64,000 bases of DNA from an uncultured Bacilli bacterium (GCA_934149515.1 CAKPFD010000006.1:3760-67759), one strand, 5' to 3'. Numbered from the stretch's first letter, positions 30,280 to 38,418 are shown. A program made the numbers and translations. The notes: a model not told the origin generated them from the sequence alone.

Positions 30280-30792
30280 TCACTTTAAGAAAAAAGAATA
30301 AATAAAATCGCACAGAAAAATAACGATGAGTACCAAACTAACAAATTTTGGAACTTTTTTTAACAACTGATCCGTCCTTGGTTTTACAAGATATAAATAA
30401 ATCATGCAAAACACACCCCACAATAGACTAACTTCTAAACAAATATATTTTCCAATATGAAATTTCATCTTAGAATAATCCCAATAACTCTTATGGAAAA
30501 AGGCTTCTATAATCATCCCACCAAGTTGTTCTAAAAGTGTTAAAACAACGACACAAGAAAGAAATAAACAAATAATTTTCACCCATCTTGGTTGTTTCAA
30601 ACGATTAAAAATAAGTCTTGTCAACAACATAACAATAACAACACCAAAACCATAGATTGGCATCCACCAAAAGAAAAAAGGATTATGAGATAATCTTTGA
30701 TGAAAAATAAGCTGTAAAATATTTTCATAACAATAACCTAAAATAGAAAACAAAAAGAAATTATTAATATATTCATACATGCAGTTCACCAT
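30280..30792 (-). CDS. polytopic membrane protein (possibly DUF1113 / CmpB-like)
   Basis: 4-5 TM segments. The real start may be MYEYINN at 30780. Weak family guess. Confidence 0.45.
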   Translation of the reverse strand: MVNCMYEYINNFFLFSILGYCYENILQLIFHQRLSHNPFFFWWMPIYGFGVVIVMLLTRLIFNRLKQPRWVKIICLFLSCVVVLTLLEQLGGMIIEAFFHKSYWDYSKMKFHIGKYICLEVSLLWGVFCMIYLYLVKPRTDQLLKKVPKFVSLVLIVIFLCDFIYSFFLK

Positions 30793-30823
30793 TTTTAATA
30801 TGTACTAAACAAATGTTTCTATA

Positions 30824-30847
30824 CAAAAAAAGAACCAAACGGTTCTT
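30824..30847 (-). terminator. intrinsic terminator after tiny ORF 30848..30976
   Basis: agaacc-aaac-ggttct hairpin, followed on the minus strand by a 7-nt T-run. Confidence 0.65.
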
Positions 30848-30976
30848 TTACCAAGTAAGTGCTGATCCTAAAATAATAGCTAATAATATATATAATACAA
30901 TAATGATGATATAGCTATTTCTAGGACGACATGAGCAACTAGAAGTCGTCACTGTTGAATTATTAGAACAAGACAT
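30848..30976 (-). CDS. tiny YjcZ-like (tiny_TM_bacill) sporulation-type peptide, 42 aa
   Basis: Not in the track (below the size cutoff). AAGGAGGTG RBS 7 nt before ATG. MSCSNNSTVTTSSCSCRPRNSYIIIIVLYILLAIILGSALTW has a Cys/Ser-rich head and a hydrophobic tail. Confidence 0.55.
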   Translation of the reverse strand: MSCSNNSTVTTSSCSCRPRNSYIIIIVLYILLAIILGSALTW

Positions 30977-30998
30977 AAAAACACCTCCTTTTATTTTT

Positions 30999-31079
30999 TT
31001 AGATATAGGCACCTATAATAATGACTAATAGAATAAATAATACTAATACAATAGCACTTGATGAATTACAATTACCCAT
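30999..31079 (-). CDS. tiny YjcZ-like peptide, 26 aa
   Basis: Not in the track. AAAGGAGG RBS. MGNCNSSSAIVLVLFILLVIIIGAYI closely matches the YjcZ pattern (small polar/Cys head, then ..LIVVLFILLIIVGA.). Confidence 0.55.
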   Translation of the reverse strand: MGNCNSSSAIVLVLFILLVIIIGAYI

Positions 31080-31245
31080 AACTTAAATCCTCCTTTTTTC
31101 TAGTGTTCATCATATTTTATGGCAAAAGTAGAAATTGTGTGCCTGTTCTATGACAAAGTTCATAAATTTTAAAGCAATCAATTGCTTATTTTTTTAGATA
31201 ATGGTATGATAAATATGCATTTCATAATAGGAGGAGGTAAAAAAA

Positions 31246-32256
31246 GTGCATAATAAAAAATTACTAGCAACAGTATCTGTACTAGTTCTTGGCTGTGCAG
31301 TACTAACAGGATGTGGAAAAACTTCTAAGGTGAAGGACAATAGTACCGTTATTAAATATGATGGTGGAAAGATCAGTGCTGACACCCTTTACCAAACATT
31401 AAAAGAAAAATATGGTATTAGTATTTTAGTAGATTTACTAGATCATGAGTTATTAGACAAAAAATACAAAGCAAATGATGAAGAGAAAACAACAATTGAT
31501 AGTCAAATCAAACAAATGAAAGCACAATACAACAACAACGAAGAAACTTTTAAAGCAGCAATCAGTCAGTATTTAGGAGTAAAAGACGAACAAGAATTAA
31601 GAGACATGTTATCTTTAGAGTACAAAAGAAATCTTGCAGTTGAAGACTATATCAAAGATAATATTAAAGATGATGAAATCAACAAATATTATGATGAAGA
31701 AGTTGTTGGTGATATGAAAGTACGCCACATCTTAATTAAACCTGATACAACAAGTGATATGAGCCAAAGTGAAAAAGAAGAAGCTGAAAAGAAAGCGAAA
31801 AAAGAAGCTGAAGATATTATCAAACAACTAGATGAAGGTGCTGATTTTGAAACATTAGCAAAAGAAAAATCAGATGATACCGGTACTGCTAGTGATGGTG
31901 GATTAATTGATTATTTTAACAAAGATAGTAATATGGATGAAAACTTCACGGAAGCATCTATCGCTCTTAAAAAGGGAGAATATACAAAAGAACCTGTAAA
32001 ATCAACTTATGGATACCATATTATTTTAAAAGTTGATCAAAAAGACAAAGCAAAATTAAAAGATATTAAATCAACCATTTTAGAAAAATTAACAGAAGAA
32101 AAACTAAATAATGATGCTACACTTCGCTATGAAACATTAATTGCCATAAGAGAAAAAGAAGGCGTAACATTTAAAGACGACGCTTTGAAAAAAGATTATG
32201 ACAACTTGATGGATAAACTAATTGAAAATGCTAAAAACTCAAGTAGCAGTTCATAA
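31246..32256 (+). CDS. prsA: foldase lipoprotein PrsA (parvulin-type PPIase)
   Basis: GTG start after AGGAGGAGG. Lipobox LTGC. Parvulin core VRHILIK...GG.I.......M...F......L..GE....PV.S.YGYHII. Confidence 0.88.
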   Translation: MHNKKLLATVSVLVLGCAVLTGCGKTSKVKDNSTVIKYDGGKISADTLYQTLKEKYGISILVDLLDHELLDKKYKANDEEKTTIDSQIKQMKAQYNNNEETFKAAISQYLGVKDEQELRDMLSLEYKRNLAVEDYIKDNIKDDEINKYYDEEVVGDMKVRHILIKPDTTSDMSQSEKEEAEKKAKKEAEDIIKQLDEGADFETLAKEKSDDTGTASDGGLIDYFNKDSNMDENFTEASIALKKGEYTKEPVKSTYGYHIILKVDQKDKAKLKDIKSTILEKLTEEKLNNDATLRYETLIAIREKEGVTFKDDALKKDYDNLMDKLIENAKNSSSSS

Positions 32257-32281
32257 GATCTGATTCAATCAGATCTTTTTT
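32256..32281. terminator. bidirectional terminator prsA / recX
   Basis: agatctga-ttcaa-tcagatct hairpin followed by a T-run. Confidence 0.7.
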
Positions 32282-33029
32282 AATACTTATCATTAGTAAA
32301 ACCTAATTGATACATCTTTTGCTGTAAACGATATTCTAATTCTTTCCCATCATACTTTTTAGAAAACTTTCGATAAAGCTTCTCATACTCTCGTTTAGCA
32401 ACAGCACTTTCATTTTGAATTTCTAAATTTTTTAATGCCTTATTTACAACATTTTTATCAAATCCATCCTTCAATAATTCATATTGTAATTTTTGTACAA
32501 GATAACGCTTACTTTTAGATTGATTCGATAAACTTTTTCTCTTTACAATTTTTTCTACCTTTTCTTGTTGTTTTTCAAGATCATATAACTGCAAAGCCTG
32601 TTCGATAAGGAAACTATCAATTCTTTTCTGTTGTAAGTTAGTCTGAATCGAAAAAGGTCCATGTGAAGTCGTCAACATCTGAAAATGGACATAGCTCTTA
32701 GCATATTGTAAATCATCTAAATACCCTTGATGCAAAAGCTTAGATACCGCAAAAGAACAAAGCTCCTCATCATAACCCTTATTTTTTAATAAACATGTAA
32801 GTTCATACGTTGTCTTCATTTTCTTTTTCAATAAGGATAAAGCCTCATGATAGCACTGCCATTTTTTATTTTTTTCAAGACATTTATTTAAAAATTCACT
32901 AGATAAAGAAGACTTTAACAACAATTCATTTTCCAAAATAACTTCTTCATATAAACAAACTACCCTATCATCATCAAAAAAAATTGCATAACTACCATCT
33001 TTTTTTCTAACATATCGAATTACCTTCAT
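32280..33029 (-). CDS. recX: RecX-like regulatory protein
   Basis: Likely start MKVIRYV after AAAGGAGG. Repeated three-helix units with GYLDDLQYAKSYV-type motifs. Confidence 0.6.
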   Translation of the reverse strand: MKVIRYVRKKDGSYAIFFDDDRVVCLYEEVILENELLLKSSLSSEFLNKCLEKNKKWQCYHEALSLLKKKMKTTYELTCLLKNKGYDEELCSFAVSKLLHQGYLDDLQYAKSYVHFQMLTTSHGPFSIQTNLQQKRIDSFLIEQALQLYDLEKQQEKVEKIVKRKSLSNQSKSKRYLVQKLQYELLKDGFDKNVVNKALKNLEIQNESAVAKREYEKLYRKFSKKYDGKELEYRLQQKMYQLGFTNDKY

Positions 33030-33139
33030 AACTTTTCCTCCTTTAATATACCATTGCATTTTATTATAATTATCAAACTAATGTTCGTCAAGACTTTTTT
33101 AAAAAAGATATAACAGAATAAAACTATTATATCCTTTTA

Positions 33140-33340
33140 TTATTTTTCAATAACTTTTAACTTACCCTCTAAAGTTTCCTCTAAAGCACGACCAATATTC
33201 TTCTGACATTTATATTCATTTTCTCTCATTTGAAATTGTTCTGTCTTTGCCATTTCCTTACTACGACGTGCAGCAATATGAACAAGCTCATACTTTGATT
33301 TTACAATATTTAAAAGTTTATCTATTGATGGATAAATCAC
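33140..33340 (-). CDS. rpoZ: DNA-directed RNA polymerase omega subunit
   Basis: MIYPSIDKLLNIVKSKYELVHIAARRSKEM is typical RpoZ; 66 aa. Confidence 0.9.
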   Translation of the reverse strand: MIYPSIDKLLNIVKSKYELVHIAARRSKEMAKTEQFQMRENEYKCQKNIGRALEETLEGKLKVIEK

Positions 33341-33414
33341 ACTATCACTCTCCTATTATTAGGATACAATTCTATAATCACAATTGCAAGCAATTAGACA
33401 TGATTAGACAATTT

Positions 33415-33549
33415 TTATGAACGAAATTGACAGCAAGAACCTTGATCAACATTACTAACAACATTTTCTTCACAGCAAGAATACTCTGGACGATAGCAAT
33501 GTTTATAAATATGATGATTAATAACTCTAGTACGAATTGGACAAACATG
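33415..33549 (-). CDS. 3' segment of split CotD-like spore coat gene
   Basis: Not in the track. The frame reads (H)VCPIRTRVINHHIYKHCYRPEYSCCEENVVSNVDQGSCCQFRS-stop (TAA 33415-33417). No convincing own RBS or start. It continues the motif that is cut at 38161. Confidence 0.6.
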   Translation of the reverse strand, partial: HVCPIRTRVINHHIYKHCYRPEYSCCEENVVSNVDQGSCCQFRS

Positions 33550-33565
33550 TCCTTGCACTTTTTTG

Positions 33566-34099
33566 TTATACCTTTTTATCAACAACTGTTTCTTGTATCA
33601 TTTGCACTAATTTATAAATATAATCTGCTTTATTTTTTTTCTTATAAATATAAATATAGGATGGATGTTCTACTTTTTTAAATACAACAGGATAATTAAC
33701 TGGATATTTCTTATAATATTTTTCTACAAAAGTAGCTACTTTTTCTCCCAATAGAAAAACAATTTTAGGGTGAAGATATTCAACTTCTTTTACCAAATTA
33801 GAAATACAAGCATTCATCTCTTCTGTTGTTGGATATCGTAATTTCTGCTTGTCATCTAATGGTAAGCATTTTACTAAATTTGTTTTATAATAAGAAACAT
33901 TTGGTAACATTTGTTCTACTTCTTTAATGATTTTTCCACTATTTGTATTTTCTTCAAGTGGATAATTTTTATCTAGGTTTTCTACTTTTTTAGAAGACAA
34001 ACCAACCCACATAACATCACATTTTTCTTTTTTATCTAATAATGGTAATTGATTGAGACATAATGGACATTTCCTACAACTTGCTATTTCCTTTAACAT
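33566..34099 (-). CDS. uracil-DNA glycosylase superfamily protein (family 4/5-like, divergent motif A)
   Basis: N-terminal CRKCPLC, TNLVKCLP motif and C-terminal HPSY motif. GLSSKK replaces the GE(A/G)PG motif. 26-nt overlap with the radical SAM ORF. Confidence 0.65.
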   Translation of the reverse strand: MLKEIASCRKCPLCLNQLPLLDKKEKCDVMWVGLSSKKVENLDKNYPLEENTNSGKIIKEVEQMLPNVSYYKTNLVKCLPLDDKQKLRYPTTEEMNACISNLVKEVEYLHPKIVFLLGEKVATFVEKYYKKYPVNYPVVFKKVEHPSYIYIYKKKNKADYIYKLVQMIQETVVDKKV

Positions 34100-35414
34100 C
34101 TTCCTTCTCCCAACTTAATTGATTCGTTTTTATAACAAACATATTAATCACATCATCTAAACATTGACTAAAATTACCAGCCATAAAATTAAATTGTTTT
34201 CTTCCTTTAAGATTATCTAATTTATCATTATGAACATAAGAAATTTTTTGATGTAGCGACTGATAAAGTTCTGTCCCATGATATGGTCTAAATTGAAAAG
34301 CACTAGCTCTAAAATTACCAGTAGATGACAAAGAATAAGTATACAACTTTGAAGCTAAGGAATATGTATCTTGACACTGTTCAAAAGACTCTTCTGGAAA
34401 TCCATACATGAAATATCCCTTAACATCAATACCACTATCTAAAAGTTTTGTTACAACCTGATATACTTCTTCTATCGTTCCCATTTTATGTATCCGATCT
34501 CTCATCTGTTCATTACCAGATTCTATTCCTATTTCTAATTCTTTACAGCCAGATGTTTTTAACACTTCAAATAAATCTTCAGCACCTTGCAATGATTTTA
34601 CATGAGCCATCGCTCTCCATTCAAAAGGAAAAGAAGAAAAGATAGATACAGCTTTCAAAATACTATTTCTATTTTTTAAAAATAAATCATCTAAAATCCT
34701 TATGCTTTCTGTTGCAGGAAACATTTGTTAGATTTGTAATAATTCTTTTCTAATCGATGCTTCATCTCTTTCTCTTACCGGAACATCTTTATTTAAAGAA
34801 CGAGCACCTCCGCAAAAAGCACAATTATACAAACACTCCCTAGAAGTCACAATTGCTTGTTCATTTTTTTGATATTTATTGATAATAAATCTGTCTTTAA
34901 AAAAGTTCCTATCTAATTCTAAAATAGAAATATCACGTGGTAGATAAACAGATTGAGAAGATACATCATACACTTTTTTATTAGCAATAGATAACACTGG
35001 TTGTTCTTTCATTTGATGATGAACAATATCACTTGTAATATATTCACCTTCTCCAATAACAATAGATAAATTATTAGTGGTTTGAAAATCAAGAATATCT
35101 TCTTTTAAAAATTTGGTACTTTTCCCTCCAATAATAAAATCTGTTTTTGTAGAGCAATTCTCAACAATTTTCTTTACCAATTCAAAATTGACAAAAAAAA
35201 TATTAATTCCAACCGCATCAGGTTTTTCTTTTTGAATAATCTGTAATACTTCTTCAACCGTCAAATTATGATAAACACAATCGATCAATTGGACATCAAT
35301 AGAATCTTTTTCTAACTGTGTAGCAATATATCCAAGACCCAAAGGAGGTAAAAAGTCTTCTTTATCTGCCACTTTTTTATTATAAATTGGAGAATTAAAT
35401 AAGATTACTTTCAT
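34074..35414 (-). pseudogene. B12-binding (class B) radical SAM enzyme interrupted by one in-frame TAA
   Basis: Track ORFs 34728..35441 and 34074..34724 are in the same frame, separated by TAA (34728-34730), CAA, then ATG. The N-part has a B12-binding-like domain (KVILFNSP...PPLGLGYIA) and CLYNCAFC (CxxxCxxC). The C-part has ELEIGIESGN and the rest of the TIM barrel. Confidence 0.75.
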
Positions 35415-35507
35415 AAAAGTAAGCCTCCTTTTGATGAGCAAAATTATAACATATATATCTTATATTGTAAATCAACATGGAAAACGCGAAAAAATCATAA
35501 GTTTTTA

Positions 35508-37037
35508 TTAAAAATGAAGTTTTAACAAAATTTTTTTATCCATAGTAATTTCAAGCCTTTCTATTAATATAACAAGTAATTTTCGAGAAAAAGAAGAAAA
35601 TAACAGCATAGCATCTAATCTTTTTTTGATTTGCTCTTTCTTTTGTTGTATAGATAATTCTAAAGAAGTATTCATTTGATCATATTGTATTTTTTTCTCT
35701 TCTAATTCACTTAAAAGGTTAGTACGGAACTTCAAAAATTGTTCTAAAGACAAAAGACCATCTAATTTATCCATATAAATCATATCTAACTTTTCTTGTA
35801 AACGCTTTATTTTTTCTTGTAATAATAACAACTTATCCTGTTGATCATCTAATTTATCCAAAACCTCATCCATCACACGTTGAACTACCATTTCACTATT
35901 AAAAGAAGAAAAAAACACTTGTCGCAAACAAGAAAGAACATTCTTTTCTAACACATCATAATTATTAGAATGCATCTTACAACTTTTATCTTTTCTATAC
36001 TGACTACAGATTGTATAACAACGTCCATCTTTTTTTCTTCTTGGTAAAACCATAATTCGTCCTTTACAATCACCACAATACAAAAGTCCATCGAGTAAAT
36101 GATTCTCTTTCTTTTCCCATCTACCTTTATTTTTAGGAATTCTATCTTGTACTTTTTGATAAATATCTTTACGAATGATTGCTTCATGAGTATTTTCTAC
36201 AATGATATAATCACAAGGGTTGGTAGCAACCACTTTTTTTATCTTGTAATTAATTTTTTTTCTTTTACTTTGTACCATATTTCCAATATATACTTGATTC
36301 GTTAAAATATCTTTAATCGTTTTTGGATACCATTGATGATAGCAAATAGTATAATGCTGTTTCCATTCAAAAGGATAATAACTAGCAGGTGTTTTCATAT
36401 TTTTTTCGGTTAAATAAGAAGCAATTTGGTAAAAGGTAAAGCCTTGTAAACACAATTGATAAATTTTTTTTACCACAAGCGCTTGATCTTGCTGAATAAT
36501 TAAATGGTTTTTATCCTTTGGATCTTTTTGATAACCAAACGGTGCCCTACTACCAACAAATTTTCCTTCCTTCATTTTTGCTTGTAAACTAGAACGTATC
36601 TTTTTAGAAATATCTTTAGCATACATATCATTCATAATCGCCTTAAAAGGTGCAATATCATTATTTGTTGAATCTAAATAAGTATCAACATTATCCGTAA
36701 TAGCAATATAGCGAATTTGATGTTCTGGAAAATATTTTTCAAGTAAATGACCAATTCCAATATAATCTCTACCAAGTCTTGACATATCTTTAGTAAGAAC
36801 TAAATTAATTTTTTTACTTTCTATATCAGCAAGTAATCGTTGAAAAGCCGGTCGATTAAAATTTGTTCCAGAATACCCATCATCAATATAAAAATCATAA
36901 AGTAATAATTGATTTTCTTTAATATATTGTAACAATAAACTCTTCTGATTGATAATACTTTCACTTTCATAGTTCTTATCGTCATCTTCTCTTGATAAAC
37001 GAATATAAGCACCAACCAAATAAGAGGTATTAAGCAT
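35508..37037 (-). CDS. large serine recombinase
   Basis: Resolvase catalytic domain (AYIRLSREDDD, ...SRLGRD), recombinase domain, Cys zinc ribbon (CGDCKGRI...C...C), and C-terminal coiled coil. 509 aa. Confidence 0.9.
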   Translation of the reverse strand: MLNTSYLVGAYIRLSREDDDKNYESESIINQKSLLLQYIKENQLLLYDFYIDDGYSGTNFNRPAFQRLLADIESKKINLVLTKDMSRLGRDYIGIGHLLEKYFPEHQIRYIAITDNVDTYLDSTNNDIAPFKAIMNDMYAKDISKKIRSSLQAKMKEGKFVGSRAPFGYQKDPKDKNHLIIQQDQALVVKKIYQLCLQGFTFYQIASYLTEKNMKTPASYYPFEWKQHYTICYHQWYPKTIKDILTNQVYIGNMVQSKRKKINYKIKKVVATNPCDYIIVENTHEAIIRKDIYQKVQDRIPKNKGRWEKKENHLLDGLLYCGDCKGRIMVLPRRKKDGRCYTICSQYRKDKSCKMHSNNYDVLEKNVLSCLRQVFFSSFNSEMVVQRVMDEVLDKLDDQQDKLLLLQEKIKRLQEKLDMIYMDKLDGLLSLEQFLKFRTNLLSELEEKKIQYDQMNTSLELSIQQKKEQIKKRLDAMLLFSSFSRKLLVILIERLEITMDKKILLKLHF

Positions 37038-37140
37038 TCAAATACCCCAATTCATCTAACAATTGTTGAACTAAAAAATCTACAAGTAATGCTTCTAATG
37101 ATTGTTTTCCTCTTTCAATTGTAATTTGATATTCTTGCAT
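37030..37140 (-). CDS. 36-aa ORF overlapping the recombinase start
   Basis: Not in the track. MQEYQITIERGKQSLEALLVDFLVQQLLDELGYLNA. Its stop overlaps the recombinase ATG by 8 nt. No clear RBS. Confidence 0.3.
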   Translation of the reverse strand: MQEYQITIERGKQSLEALLVDFLVQQLLDELGYLNA

Positions 37141-37188
37141 AAAAAAACACATCCCATTACAAATTATGCAATGAAAATGGTTTTTTTC

Positions 37189-38046
37189 TTAGTTTTCCTC
37201 AAAAGTTTTACTATTTTCAAAATTAGTAATAATAACTTCTTCTACTTTACCACGCTTCGAACCATTAGAATTAATATTTCTTTTAGCATGAATAACATGA
37301 ATAAAATAATCTTGATAAAGTTCTTTTACTAAATTAGTATGATGATTGGAAAGCATAACATAACAACCTCTTTTATCTAGTTCTTTAAAAACTTTTGCTA
37401 AACGTTTTTGCTCATCTTTTGAAAAACCTTCCTCGGTATAACTATTAAATGTTGCTGTATCAGAATCATAAGGTGGATCAAAGTAAATGAAATCACCCTT
37501 CTTAGCAGTTGATACAGCTTGTTCAAAATCAGTATTTAAAATTTTAATATCATTCATCGTCAAATAATTACTAACGGTAATTAAGTTATTACCATCATAT
37601 GTATTTACTTTTGTTTTCTTTCCAAAAGGAACATTAAATTCATTTTTTCGATTAACACGATACAATCCATTAAAACAAGCTTTATTTAAATAAATTGTTC
37701 TAGCAGCTTTGGTATAATCAGATAAGCGTTGATAAGCTGCTTTATTTTTATCTTTTGCTCGTATTTCATAAAAGAAAGTCTCCGAATGTTTCATTTCATA
37801 TTGATTTAATACATGACACATTTTCTTAAATTTATCTTCATCACATAAACAACGATAAACATTCATAAGTTCCCAATTAGAATCATTAATAACAGCTTTT
37901 TTAGGAGAAAGTTCAAATAATAATGCTCCACCACCTACAAATGGTTCATAATAAGTATCAAATGTATCAGGAACATATTTCTTTAATTGATCAAGAATCT
38001 GTCTTTTTCCCCCTGCCCACTTTACAAACGGTTTACCTTTAAACAT
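37189..38046 (-). CDS. dam: Dam-family N6-adenine DNA methyltransferase (orphan, no adjacent endonuclease)
   Basis: Likely start MFKGKPFVKWAGGKRQIL after GGGGGA. YYEPFVGGGA (SAM motif I) and FIYFDPPY (motif IV). Confidence 0.88.
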   Translation of the reverse strand: MFKGKPFVKWAGGKRQILDQLKKYVPDTFDTYYEPFVGGGALLFELSPKKAVINDSNWELMNVYRCLCDEDKFKKMCHVLNQYEMKHSETFFYEIRAKDKNKAAYQRLSDYTKAARTIYLNKACFNGLYRVNRKNEFNVPFGKKTKVNTYDGNNLITVSNYLTMNDIKILNTDFEQAVSTAKKGDFIYFDPPYDSDTATFNSYTEEGFSKDEQKRLAKVFKELDKRGCYVMLSNHHTNLVKELYQDYFIHVIHAKRNINSNGSKRGKVEEVIITNFENSKTFEEN

Positions 38047-38154
38047 AGTTTCCCCCACACTTTCTATACAATATATAAATTTTATCATAAAATGCGAAAG
38101 AATTGTTGTAATTATTTAAAAAACTTTTAAGTATAAATAGTATCACATAAATAC

Positions 38155-38370
38155 TCAAGCATGTGGTACTTGATGTATGATCGTTTTATGAATACATCTT
38201 TCTTGTACTGGTTCCATAATAGGTGCTGTCATTTCTTGTGCTTCCATCATCGTTGGTCCTTGATTCATACCAACATTAATATCAACATTCATATCTTGAT
38301 CAATAAAATTACCATCACCCATGATAGTAGCATTTTGATCCATTGTAAAATCTTGATTATTATAAAACAT
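38155..38370 (-). CDS. 5' segment of split CotD-like spore coat gene
   Basis: Likely start ATG 38370 after GAGGAGG. ...APIMEPVQERCIHKTIIHQVPH, then Ala-stop read from element DNA. The His/Pro/Cys pattern is like CotD-family coat proteins. Confidence 0.6.
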   Translation of the reverse strand: MFYNNQDFTMDQNATIMGDGNFIDQDMNVDINVGMNQGPTMMEAQEMTAPIMEPVQERCIHKTIIHQVPHA

Positions 38371-38390
38371 ACTTATTTCCTCCTCTACCA

Positions 38391-38418
38391 TAAAATATGT
38401 ACCAATGATAAAAGTTGT
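38391..38418 (-). promoter_or_regulatory. candidate sigma-K-type promoter of the cotD-like gene
   Basis: Minus strand: AC (38418-38417), 17 nt, then CATATTTTA (38399-38391) fits AC-N16/17-CATAnnnTA. It lies only about 20 nt before the ATG, so it is marginal. Confidence 0.3.

Larger units (their letters stand above)
33546..38164 (-). mobile_element. 4.6-kb intervening element inside the cotD-like gene (serine recombinase, dam, radical SAM, UDG-like)
   Basis: Bounded by direct repeats CATGT (33546-33550 and 38160-38164; 8/9 identity over CAANCATGT). Both copies are in the same codon phase of the flanking coat-gene halves. It contains a large serine recombinase. Confidence 0.65.

Noticed and set aside
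33427-33681. 84-aa plus-strand ORF, and the similar 38161..38430 plus-strand ORF
   Set aside because: Both are antisense to the two halves of the cotD-like gene and to the UDG-like gene. They have no RBS and give hydrophobic AT-rich translations.
34725-34730. In-frame TAA of the radical SAM gene as programmed recoding or an alternative genetic code
   Set aside because: TAA terminates many clearly complete genes in this window (for example ferredoxin and ylxM). No recoding signal is evident. A nonsense mutation, sequencing error or split gene is the simpler reading.
35948-37015. Small ORFs inside the recombinase gene (35948..36187, 36099..36305, 36821..37015)
   Set aside because: They are alternative or antisense frames within a full-length, motif-complete serine recombinase.
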